64,000 nucleotides of DNA from an uncultured Butyricicoccus sp. (lineage in GTDB: Bacteria > Bacillota > Clostridia > Oscillospirales > Butyricicoccaceae): NCBI GenBank assembly GCA_944381005.1, contig CALWJM010000008.1:713-64712 (forward strand), read 5' to 3'. Shown here piece after piece: positions 1-8,172 of the stretch (position 1 is the first letter of the stretch; each line of letters begins with the position of its first letter). Under the pieces are notes generated by a model that saw only the letters and a program-made list of their open reading frames with translations, was not told where the DNA came from and did not search any database. The translations under genes were made by a program, and so were the position numbers.

Positions 1-3
1 CCG

Positions 4-1434
4 TTGCCTAGCGAGTTGGAACAAAATTTTGACGAAGCTGCTCAGATTTTAGAGTCTATCTCTGGTAATAAAGTACAAGGTAATACCAGCAATGAAACAG
101 AAACAGTTCTGGGTTTGATGCAAGAATGGAAAGCATTGGGGCAAAAGATAAACTCAGATTATAAGCAGGGGCTACCGTGGAATTCTGCGGATATGCAGCA
201 ATATATTCAGCTGGAAACCACCATTAAAGATAAAATCGATACCATGATTGATACCGCTTCCAGTAATGCACTGAAATTTAAAAATTCAGTTATGGAGCAA
301 GCGGGACAAAGTACTATTACATTTGTGGTGATTCTGGTCATCACGCTGATTTGCACCATATGTGCATTGGTGGTTTTGCTTCGCAGTATTATCCGTCCGA
401 TTCAAATTTTGCTTCATGCAGCAGAGCAGATTGAGCGCGGTGAACTGCACCATGAAATTACATATCGTGCGCGAAATGAGTTTGGCGATTTGGGCAGAGC
501 CTTTGTCAAGATGCAGCGCAGATTGAGTGTAGTTGCAGATGATATGAAGCAGAATATGCAGCGAATGGGACAAAAGGATTTCTGTGTCCAGATTGATTCA
601 AGAGAATATATCGGCGAATTTGCTGCTTTTGAGGTGGCGACGAAAGACATTGCTGCAAAGCTGAGCGACACAATCAAACAAATCAACCAAGCGGCTGAAT
701 TGGTGTCTGATGGTGCAGAGCATGTTTCTAACGGCTCTCAGGAACTCTCTCAGGGTGCAATGGAGCAGGCCTCTAATATTGAAGAACTTGCCGCTACGCT
801 CAATGAAGTTTCGCAAAGTATTCAGTTGAATGCACAGAGCACACGCGAGGCCAGTGAAAAAATGGCTGCCGTAGGCGTTGAAGTCGGCGAAAGCAATCAC
901 CGCATGGGTGATATGCTCAACGCGATGGAGGATATTAAGCAAAGTTCCGCAGAGATTGATAAAATCATCAAGACCATTGAAGATATCGCATTCCAGACCA
1001 ATATTTTGGCATTGAATGCGGCAGTTGAAGCGGCGCGCGCAGGTAGTGCGGGCAAGGGATTTGCCGTTGTTGCCGATGAAGTGCGCAATTTGGCGGGCAA
1101 GTCGGCAGAGGCATCGAAAGATACGGCTGCTTTGATTGAAGCATGTCGTCAAGCGGTGCAAAATGGTACGGTAATTGCCGACGAAACAGCCGATGCACTT
1201 GGTCAGGTCTACTGTGATATGGCAGAAGTTACCAAAATGATAAATGGTATCTCTGGTGTATTTGCACAGCAGGCAAATTCTATTAGCCAAGTCAATCAGG
1301 GTATTGACCAGATTTCTGGCGTAGTGCAGAGCAATTCGGCCACGGCACAAGAAGGTGCGGCAGCGAGCGAAGAGCTTTCTGCACAAGCGCAGATGCTTAA
1401 ACAGTTGGTTAGCGAATTTAAATTACAAAGATAA
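4..1434 (+). CDS. Methyl-accepting chemotaxis protein (N-terminus probably upstream of window)
   Basis: TM helix (ITFVVILVITLICTICALVVLL), HAMP (IIRPIQ...NEFGDLGRAF), MCP signalling hairpin [31 protein letters not shown]. Confidence 0.93.
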   Translation: MPSELEQNFDEAAQILESISGNKVQGNTSNETETVLGLMQEWKALGQKINSDYKQGLPWNSADMQQYIQLETTIKDKIDTMIDTASSNALKFKNSVMEQAGQSTITFVVILVITLICTICALVVLLRSIIRPIQILLHAAEQIERGELHHEITYRARNEFGDLGRAFVKMQRRLSVVADDMKQNMQRMGQKDFCVQIDSREYIGEFAAFEVATKDIAAKLSDTIKQINQAAELVSDGAEHVSNGSQELSQGAMEQASNIEELAATLNEVSQSIQLNAQSTREASEKMAAVGVEVGESNHRMGDMLNAMEDIKQSSAEIDKIIKTIEDIAFQTNILALNAAVEAARAGSAGKGFAVVADEVRNLAGKSAEASKDTAALIEACRQAVQNGTVIADETADALGQVYCDMAEVTKMINGISGVFAQQANSISQVNQGIDQISGVVQSNSATAQEGAAASEELSAQAQMLKQLVSEFKLQR

Positions 1435-1465
1435 AGTGCTTTACGGGTTGCGTAGAGCACCGGGC

Positions 1466-1496
1466 AAAAGGGCAGCCACAAAGGCTGCCCTTTTTT
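1466..1496 (+). terminator. Rho-independent terminator
   Basis: AAAAGGGCAGCC-acaaa-GGCTGCCC-TTTTTT after MCP. Confidence 0.85.
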
Positions 1497-1634
1497 GTAA
1501 AAAGCTGGATGAAGCGTGCAAATTCTACACATGAAAGAGAATCGGTCGTAAAAGGGATTTTCGATTGCTTTTTTTTGTGCTTTGCATTATAATAGGACGT
1601 GATTAACAGGATTTTACAGGAGTTGATAAACACA

Positions 1635-2474
1635 ATGATGACAAAGTTTCTTTTGGCACTGAATCGCTTGTTCCCGCTTCCTGTACACCCATTTAATTTA
1701 CAGAACGAGGGAAAAGAAAGCTATGCCATGTGGCAATATAAGCGCGGTGGCAATACGATTGCATTTTATCGGGAACGATATTCGATTGAAGAAATGTTTG
1801 CAGATAAGATGGTATTAGATGTTGGCTGCGGCGCAGGCGGTAAAACGATGTATTACGCCTCTCAAGGCGTTCAGCATATTGTAGGCATGGATATCGTATC
1901 ACACTATAAGGAAGAAGCCGAGCAGCTTGCAGAAGAACTGGGATATGCAGACCGCTTTACCTTTGTTGTGGGGGATGCAGCCCATACAGAATTTCCAGAC
2001 AATCATTTTGATACCATTATTATGAATGATGCGATGGAGCATGTAGACCGTCCAGATTTGGTTCTGGCTGAGGTACGGCGTATTTTAAAACCGGGTGGCA
2101 GACTGTATGTAAACTTTCCGCCTTATTATCATCCGTTTGGTGCGCATTTGTCCGACCTGATTGCCATCCCCTGGGTTCACATGTTCTTTTCCGAAGATAC
2201 GCTGGTAGCGGCATATAAAGAGCTGTGTAAGACCGTTCCGGATGGTGATGAGCGCATTTCCTTCCGTATTTCTAAGAATGCGCAGGGGAAAGAGTATTTT
2301 TCCTATATCAACCATATGACCATTAAACGCTTTGATGGACTGCGGGCACAAGCGGGCATGAAGCAAGCCTATTATCGTGAAGTACCGCTGCGCGGATTTT
2401 TGGCACCTTTAGCCAAATTGCCGTTGCTCAAAGAGTGTTTTGTTAAAATGGTAGTGTGCGTATTTGAAAAGTAA
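1635..2474 (+). CDS. Class I SAM-dependent methyltransferase
   Basis: VLDVGCGAGG motif I, VGDA, FDTIIMNDAMEHV, LKPGG; ATG 1635 follows AGGAG. Confidence 0.88.
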   Translation: MMTKFLLALNRLFPLPVHPFNLQNEGKESYAMWQYKRGGNTIAFYRERYSIEEMFADKMVLDVGCGAGGKTMYYASQGVQHIVGMDIVSHYKEEAEQLAEELGYADRFTFVVGDAAHTEFPDNHFDTIIMNDAMEHVDRPDLVLAEVRRILKPGGRLYVNFPPYYHPFGAHLSDLIAIPWVHMFFSEDTLVAAYKELCKTVPDGDERISFRISKNAQGKEYFSYINHMTIKRFDGLRAQAGMKQAYYREVPLRGFLAPLAKLPLLKECFVKMVVCVFEK

Positions 2475-2480
2475 TAAACG

Positions 2481-2511
2481 AAAGAGTGCAGCATTTTGCC
2501 GCACTCTTTTT
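2481..2511. terminator. Bidirectional terminator between convergent genes
   Basis: AAAGAGTGC-agcattttgcc-GCACTCTTTTT. Confidence 0.75.
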
Positions 2512-2513
2512 GA

Positions 2514-3203
2514 TTACCATGGTTTTTGACCGGATAGCCAGCCCTGAGCCTGCCAATATGCAATATCGGTAGGATTTTGCATTCGAGGTTGCAGTTTTTG
2601 GAAAAAGCGGAACAAGAGCCGAACCGTTAGACTGGGCTTCACCGGGCGCTCGAGCTGCAATTTGTCGCAGACTTTGGAAATATCCCGCGCCAGTGTCGCG
2701 CGCATTTGCGGTGAAACATTTTTCCAATACAGTGCCCGGATGGCTTTTCCATAGCATACAATGCGCCCTACGCCCCAGAAATTCATGTTGTCTTTTAAAT
2801 CTTTGAGCGTGGAGCGCATACCGCCACCAGCGGCGGTGGTCAACAGAAGTGCACGTTTTTGGAACATAGCACCATTGGGACGGTGTACCATCCAACGGCA
2901 GCCCATATGGTCAAGAAAGGACTTCATAGCGCCCGTGACGTGATAGACATATACAGGAGAAGCAAAAATAAGGATGTCAGCTTGTTCGATTGCCTGCAAG
3001 ATAGGCTCTATTTGGGCTTTGGCTTGCACGCAGCAGGGTGTAGCACTTGTAAAACAGGCACCACACCCAGAACAGTAATGGTCGAAGTCGCGCGGCAGAA
3101 AGAACTCGGTTACCGATTCGGGCTGTAACTGTGAGATGGCCATGCGTGCCAGTTCCACCGTGCTGCCAACATGTTCGGTTCCGTAAATCGCCGTAATTTT
3201 CAT
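2514..3203 (-). CDS. Iron-sulfur flavoprotein / NADPH-dependent FMN reductase family protein
   Basis: KITAIYGT start, CSGCGACF...CC cluster motif, ADILIFASPVYVYHVTGAMKSFLD; GGAGG RBS. Confidence 0.85.
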   Translation of the reverse strand: MKITAIYGTEHVGSTVELARMAISQLQPESVTEFFLPRDFDHYCSGCGACFTSATPCCVQAKAQIEPILQAIEQADILIFASPVYVYHVTGAMKSFLDHMGCRWMVHRPNGAMFQKRALLLTTAAGGGMRSTLKDLKDNMNFWGVGRIVCYGKAIRALYWKNVSPQMRATLARDISKVCDKLQLERPVKPSLTVRLLFRFFQKLQPRMQNPTDIAYWQAQGWLSGQKPW

Positions 3204-3261
3204 AAAATCCCTCCAACGTCTGCTGATAGTTTATGTACACCAAGGGGCAAAAAAGAACAGC

Positions 3262-3289
3262 AAAAAGGCGCACGATTTGGTGCGCCTTT
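3262..3289 (-). terminator. Probable terminator
   Basis: AAAGGCGCAC-loop-GTGCGCCTTTTT on minus strand, just after 3298 stop. Confidence 0.7.
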
Positions 3290-3297
3290 GTTGATTT

Positions 3298-3708
3298 TTA
3301 TTTGTCCGAAAGTAAGTGCTCTTCCACAATCCGAGCACCGCAGCGAATACACTCTTCGCAGGAGCAAATCGGCTTGCCTGTGTCACGACCCTTGAGCTCT
3401 GCGCATAACAGAGCGCCGGTGGCCTGTTCAAAGGCCTGTGTGATAGCGCGGTTGATTTTATAAGTGGCACCTTTGGTGGCACCGGGAGATTGTACACCAG
3501 CGCTGTTTTTTAATCCGGCAACCATCAGACCGCCGCTCAGTGCGCCACAAACAGACATTGTGCCCATTCCAAAGCCAAAACCTTCGCTTAACTTATATGC
3601 GGTTTCGATGTCAATGCCAAAGTCTTGGGCGTAGGTACACACAATCGCCTGTGCACAGTTATAGCCCTTATCGTGCAGGGCAACAGCTTGTTCAACTTTA
3701 GATTCCAT
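3298..3708 (-). CDS. C-GCAxxG-C-C family putative redox protein
   Basis: YNCAQA...VCGALSGG...CAEL...CEEC pattern. Confidence 0.85.
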   Translation of the reverse strand: MESKVEQAVALHDKGYNCAQAIVCTYAQDFGIDIETAYKLSEGFGFGMGTMSVCGALSGGLMVAGLKNSAGVQSPGATKGATYKINRAITQAFEQATGALLCAELKGRDTGKPICSCEECIRCGARIVEEHLLSDK

Positions 3709-3738
3709 AGATGTGCGGTTATACTCCTTGCGTAATCA

Positions 3739-5034
3739 TTAGTATGGATGGGTTTCAAAATATTTCATGATAGCGTTATATTGTGCAGTCGCTTCTTTTT
3801 TGAGGTTATCCGTGTACATCAGCCAAAGTTGGTCATCCGGGTTGCTCATAAAGCAGAACTCGCTGATAAAGGCCAGTGCGCCGCCTTCCTGTGCCGAGCG
3901 CAACACGAAGTAATAATCCTTTGTTGGGTCTGTGGCACTGTGTTCAAAGACAAAACGCCGCCAATCCTGACCGATATCCAGATATTCCTGTTTCAGCAGT
4001 TCACCAAATTCCTTGCCTACGCCGCCATCTTCGTATGCAATTTGAATCAAGACTTCGGCACCCTGAGGTGTAGAAGTGGAATAGCCGTTATGATGTACGC
4101 TGAAAATCATATCATAGCCGCCGCCCTCGGTGCTAAATAGCTGCTTGCGGGTGGTTGCGTCAACTGTACTGTCGTCTGTGCGCGTCATGCGGACGGTGAC
4201 GCCAGCATCTTCCAGCATTTCTTGGAGCATCAGAGAAACGGCAAGATTAAAGTCTTTTTCATAGATTTTGGTGTTGCCGTCGTGGTGCACGCCCCAGTAA
4301 TCATCAAAGGGAATGGTTGAAGTTGCGACGTTACCCGAATCTGAACCGCCGTGGCCGGGGTCAATCCAAATTTTCAGCACACCGTCTACTGCCGTTGTAG
4401 GTACGGGAGGGGGTGCTGGTGTTTCCGGCTCCGAAGGCGTTTCTTCGGGTTGTTCTTCTGGTTCTTCCGGCTCTGGTTCCTGCTTTTCGGGGGTGGTCAT
4501 GATGACCGTGCGCGTTTTGGATTCATAGTCTACGCCAAAATCCAGCGCATCCCCTAAATCAACCAACTTAAAGTAGTTGTAACCGTCTACATTATACGCA
4601 GTCAACGCGGCTTTAGAACCGTTAATCAGAACCGTTTCGGTGCAAGTCTTTGCGGTTGTTTTTTCGGTCGGGATGGCACCCAATTCGCCGCCAACCGATT
4701 CATAAGTACTGCCGGGGGATAAATCCATAGAACGGGTACTTTTGTCCCACGAAATGCCAAATTGTGCGGTAGTGCCGTTGAGGATTTGCGCGATATCGCG
4801 CAATTTATAATAGTTGTTTCCGTTGATGTTATAGCCGACCGGCTTCACCTGCTTGCCGTCCAGTTTGACAGTCATGGTAGCTGGATAGGCGGTAAGAGAA
4901 GCGGCCATAGTTGAAGTAGTGGTTGTCGTTGCAGCAGAAGAAGTGGTTCCTGCTTGTTCCGGGTCATAAGAGACTGCGCCAGCGGTCGAGGAGAGCATGG
5001 CGGCGGTCAAGATACCTGCAACCAATCGTTTCAT
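3739..5034 (-). CDS. Secreted N-acetylmuramoyl-L-alanine amidase (Amidase_3) with two N-terminal copper-amine-oxidase-N-like repeats
   Basis: Signal peptide MKRLVAGILTAAMLSSTAGA at ATG 5034; IDPGHGG, EKDFNL, SVHHN, SEFCFMSN Zn/catalytic motifs; P/E-rich linker. Confidence 0.88.
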   Translation of the reverse strand: MKRLVAGILTAAMLSSTAGAVSYDPEQAGTTSSAATTTTTSTMAASLTAYPATMTVKLDGKQVKPVGYNINGNNYYKLRDIAQILNGTTAQFGISWDKSTRSMDLSPGSTYESVGGELGAIPTEKTTAKTCTETVLINGSKAALTAYNVDGYNYFKLVDLGDALDFGVDYESKTRTVIMTTPEKQEPEPEEPEEQPEETPSEPETPAPPPVPTTAVDGVLKIWIDPGHGGSDSGNVATSTIPFDDYWGVHHDGNTKIYEKDFNLAVSLMLQEMLEDAGVTVRMTRTDDSTVDATTRKQLFSTEGGGYDMIFSVHHNGYSTSTPQGAEVLIQIAYEDGGVGKEFGELLKQEYLDIGQDWRRFVFEHSATDPTKDYYFVLRSAQEGGALAFISEFCFMSNPDDQLWLMYTDNLKKEATAQYNAIMKYFETHPY

Positions 5035-5167
5035 AAGATGCGTCTTCCTTTTCGTCCGGGGGTGAATGCAAAACACTTTAAGAATGATTATAACAAAAAA
5101 GTCGTGGAAAATCAAGAAAAACGCGCAGATATGGAGATTTTTAGCAGATTTTAACAAAAACGGTTTC

Positions 5168-6103
5168 TTATAACAAGGCTGCTCCCAGAATACCGGCATC
5201 GTTTCCGAGGGTAGCACCGACAATCGGAGTGCCTTCGGCGCCAATCTTAAATTGCTGGCTGTGGACGCGGGCGCGCAGTGGCTCAAACAGCTTTTCGCCA
5301 TATCCAGCCACGCCGCCGCCGATAACAATGGCATCGGGCTGCAAAATATTGATGAGGTTGGTCAGACCGCAGGCAAGGTAGTCACAGTAGTCAGAGAATA
5401 CACGCTTTGCCAGCGCATCATCTGCATCACAGGCATCACACACCATCTTTGCGGTCAAGGTGCCGTTATTGTTGCGCATTTGCTGATGCAGGATGGTTGT
5501 GCTGTCGTGCTCCATTGCTTCGAGAGCAAGGCGAATCAAACCAGTCGCAGAAGCGTAGGTTTCCAGACAACCGCGGCGGCCACAGTTGCAGGGAACACCA
5601 TCGGGCACGATGACCATATGCCCAATCTCACCGGCGATATCTTCACGGCCGGTGAACAGTTTGCCGTTGATGACAATGCCGCCGCCGACACCAGTACCCA
5701 GCGTGACCATTAACAGGTTGCGCGTACCTTTACCGGCACCGCCTGCAAATTCACCCAGCGCAGCACAATTGGCATCATTGTCAATGGCTACGGGGCAGTG
5801 GAAATCAGGTTCAAATGCCTGCGCGAAGCATACATTGGACATGCCCAGATTGGTGCCGAAGGTCAGGGTGCAGGTTGCTTTTACAATGGTGCCGGGCAAA
5901 CCGATACCAATTTGTTCGATTTCAGAGTAGGGAACGTTATGCTTGTCACACAGTGCACAGCACAGTTCGCGCATCGTGCGGCATAAGCCTTCTGGGTCAC
6001 CGGTAGGGGTAGGGGCGGAAAGCTTGTCAACCAGAGTGCCGGTTGTGGTGCACAGGCCGGCTACGGTGTTGGTACCGCCGAGGTCAATGCCGAGTCTCAT
6101 CAT
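5168..6103 (-). CDS. ROK family sugar kinase (glucokinase)
   Basis: GIDLGGT, NDANCAALGE, TLGTGVGGG, AGEIGH, CNCGRRGCLETYAS. Confidence 0.92.
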   Translation of the reverse strand: MMRLGIDLGGTNTVAGLCTTTGTLVDKLSAPTPTGDPEGLCRTMRELCCALCDKHNVPYSEIEQIGIGLPGTIVKATCTLTFGTNLGMSNVCFAQAFEPDFHCPVAIDNDANCAALGEFAGGAGKGTRNLLMVTLGTGVGGGIVINGKLFTGREDIAGEIGHMVIVPDGVPCNCGRRGCLETYASATGLIRLALEAMEHDSTTILHQQMRNNNGTLTAKMVCDACDADDALAKRVFSDYCDYLACGLTNLINILQPDAIVIGGGVAGYGEKLFEPLRARVHSQQFKIGAEGTPIVGATLGNDAGILGAALL

Positions 6104-6148
6104 AATACATCAGTCCTCCAAAATTGAAAATAATATATAGGCAGATGG

Positions 6149-6175
6149 AAAAAGGCAGGGAACGCCTGCCTTTTT
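6149..6175 (-). terminator. Terminator after hprK
   Basis: AAAAAGGCAGG-gaacg-CCTGCCTTTTT. Confidence 0.75.
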
Positions 6176-6181
6176 GGATGG

Positions 6182-7117
6182 TTAATTGTTGCCGAAAGAC
6201 TTGAGCATACGCTCTTGCAAGTCTTTTGCTGCATTGTATCCCATCTTTTTATAGCGGTCGTTCATCGCGGCAACCTCAATGATAACAGCGAGGTTACGGC
6301 CGGGGCGCACAGGGATAGTCAAAGAAGGTACGGTGATGTCCAAGATACTGGTGGTTTGTCCTTCCAGACCCAGACGGTCATATTGTTTTCCTTCTTCCCA
6401 AGGTTCCAGATTGATGACAAGTTCAACTTTTTCGGTCAGTTTTACAGAACCGACACCAAAGATACGGCGCACGTCAACGATGCCAATGCCGCGCAATTCG
6501 ATAAAATAGCGGATGACATCAGGTGAGGTGCCCACCAGCGTTTTGTCAGAGACGCGCTTAATTTCAACTGCGTCGTCGGCAATCAGGCGATGACCGCGTT
6601 TGACCAATTCGATGGCAGTTTCCGATTTACCAACACCGGAATCACCGAGCAGCAAAACGCCTTCGCCATAGATTTCGACCAGTACACCGTGCAGCGTGAC
6701 ACGCGGTGCAAGCGAGACTTTGAGCGAAGCGACCAGTGAATTGATGATAGTGGAGGTAAATTCATTGGTGCGCAGCAAGGGGACGTTATATTTTTGTGCT
6801 GCGGCCAGACATTCGGAAAAAATGTCGATATTGCGCGAAATAATCATGACCGGAATACCGGAAGCAAAGAGTTTATCAAAGCACAAAGCGCGTTCTTCTG
6901 GGGTCATCTGTTCAACAAAAGTATTTTCGACCTTACCCATAATCTGGATACGGTTGGGGTCAAAGTAATCGAAGAACCCAGCCAACTGAAGCGCGGGGCG
7001 ATTCACATCGGTCTTTGTGATTTCGATACGTTCAAAATTTTCAGGGCCGTATATGACCTCAAAATTAAATTCCTGGATGAGGTCGCCCAAGCAAACACCA
7101 AATTCTTTTAATTGCAT
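6182..7117 (-). CDS. hprK: HPr kinase/phosphorylase
   Basis: LHGVLVEIYGEGVLLLGDSGVGKSETAIELVKRGHRLIADD, ELRGIGI, PVRPGRNLAVIIE; ATG 7117 follows AGGAGG. Confidence 0.97.
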   Translation of the reverse strand: MQLKEFGVCLGDLIQEFNFEVIYGPENFERIEITKTDVNRPALQLAGFFDYFDPNRIQIMGKVENTFVEQMTPEERALCFDKLFASGIPVMIISRNIDIFSECLAAAQKYNVPLLRTNEFTSTIINSLVASLKVSLAPRVTLHGVLVEIYGEGVLLLGDSGVGKSETAIELVKRGHRLIADDAVEIKRVSDKTLVGTSPDVIRYFIELRGIGIVDVRRIFGVGSVKLTEKVELVINLEPWEEGKQYDRLGLEGQTTSILDITVPSLTIPVRPGRNLAVIIEVAAMNDRYKKMGYNAAKDLQERMLKSFGNN

Positions 7118-7245
7118 TTTTTCAATCCTCCTACCGTATGCGAGTAAGATACCTTTATTATAACGGAGCACGACAGGGTTTTCAATGGCTGTGAGAAAAC
7201 CGAAAAAGTTTTTTTATTTTTTTCAAAATAAATTGTCGGAAAGGC

Positions 7246-7277
7246 TTGCGTTTCTGCGCGGCTTGTGATATTATAAT
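7246..7277 (+). promoter_or_regulatory. sigma-A promoter of rpmB
   Basis: TTGCGT-17 nt-TATTAT with TG extension; TATAAT overlaps. Confidence 0.6.
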
Positions 7278-7319
7278 AGACGTTACTCAATGCCTTTTAG
7301 ATAAGGAGGTGCAGGAAAA

Positions 7320-7508
7320 ATGGCAAAGTGCGATATTTGCGGCAAGGGCGTAACCTTTGGTATCAAGGTTTCTCACTCCCACAGACGTTCTAACAGAACT
7401 TGGAAGCCGAACGTTCGTCGAGTTAAGGCTCTGGTCGACGGTACTCCCCGCCATATCAACGTATGTACTCGGTGCCTCCGCTCCGGCAAGGTTACCCGTG
7501 CCATCTAA
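7320..7508 (+). CDS. rpmB: 50S ribosomal protein L28
   Basis: MAKCDICGKGVTFGIKVSHSHRRSNRTWKPNV...CTRCLRSGKV. Confidence 0.98.
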   Translation: MAKCDICGKGVTFGIKVSHSHRRSNRTWKPNVRRVKALVDGTPRHINVCTRCLRSGKVTRAI

Positions 7509-7519
7509 TGTTGATTGTT

Positions 7520-7551
7520 AAAAGCACCTGCGTTTTACGCAGGTGCTTTTT
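7520..7551 (+). terminator. Terminator after rpmB
   Basis: AAAAGCACCTGCG-tttta-CGCAGGTGCTTTTT. Confidence 0.88.
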
Positions 7552-7713
7552 AAATTTCCAAGGCAATATTTTTTTGTAGAGATATGTCAAAAGAACACGT
7601 TTTTCTTTATTTCTGGAAAATTCGCGAAATGATTAGAAAACGGGACAGATTTATCTACAAATTTCGACAATCATTTCATGTTAAAATAGAGCCGGAAAGG
7701 GGGGAAGCGCGTT

Positions 7714-7947
7714 ATGTATCCCTGCTTTACAGTGATTGAGTGTGTGCCGAATCAAGTGGAAATGACACAACCTACCTTCGGCGTTGCAATGCTGAAGGAT
7801 GGACAATTGTTAGACGAGCTTCCAGATTTGACGATACGACGTGAAGATGTAGAGCATATCGTGCAAAAACTCAATCAAAATGGAGTATCGGAAGTCCATT
7901 TTCGTGAAATTCTTTACGATTGGATTACAGAACAGTCGATGCTCTAA
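7714..7947 (+). CDS. Small conserved clostridial protein (DUF6514-like)
   Basis: 77 aa, GGGGGGAAG RBS, own terminator; FGV...PDLTIRREDVE...LNQNGVSEVHFREILYD pattern. Confidence 0.65.
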   Translation: MYPCFTVIECVPNQVEMTQPTFGVAMLKDGQLLDELPDLTIRREDVEHIVQKLNQNGVSEVHFREILYDWITEQSML

Positions 7948-7955
7948 GCACAGAG

Positions 7956-7991
7956 GAAGAAACCAAGGAAGGGGTGGTTTCTTCTTTTTTT
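7956..7991 (+). terminator. Terminator
   Basis: GAAGAAACCA...TGGTTTCTTC-TTTTTTT. Confidence 0.8.
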
Positions 7992-8172
7992 GCGCTTTTT
8001 TTTCACAACAACATCGAATCAGATAGATATTTGTCCAACCGTTTGCTCTGCTTGTGCAGTAAAGAAATTTTGTGATATAATAGAAGAAAAATTGTATGCC
8101 AGCATCATGTGTCCCGCTTCGTTTTGATATCTGGAGCGGGTTTCTTATTGATAAATCAATTTTGTTCCGGAG

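Noticed and set aside
5035-5334. Upstream extensions given by the ORF track (amidase, hprK, pepF, hcp, asparaginase, AKR, AraC)
   Set aside because: Extensions overlap neighbours or promoters; downstream starts have RBSs and match family N-termini.
7663-7669. Single Spo0A-like box (TGTCGAA, minus) near the DUF6514-like gene
   Set aside because: A 7-mer is expected several times by chance in 64 kb.
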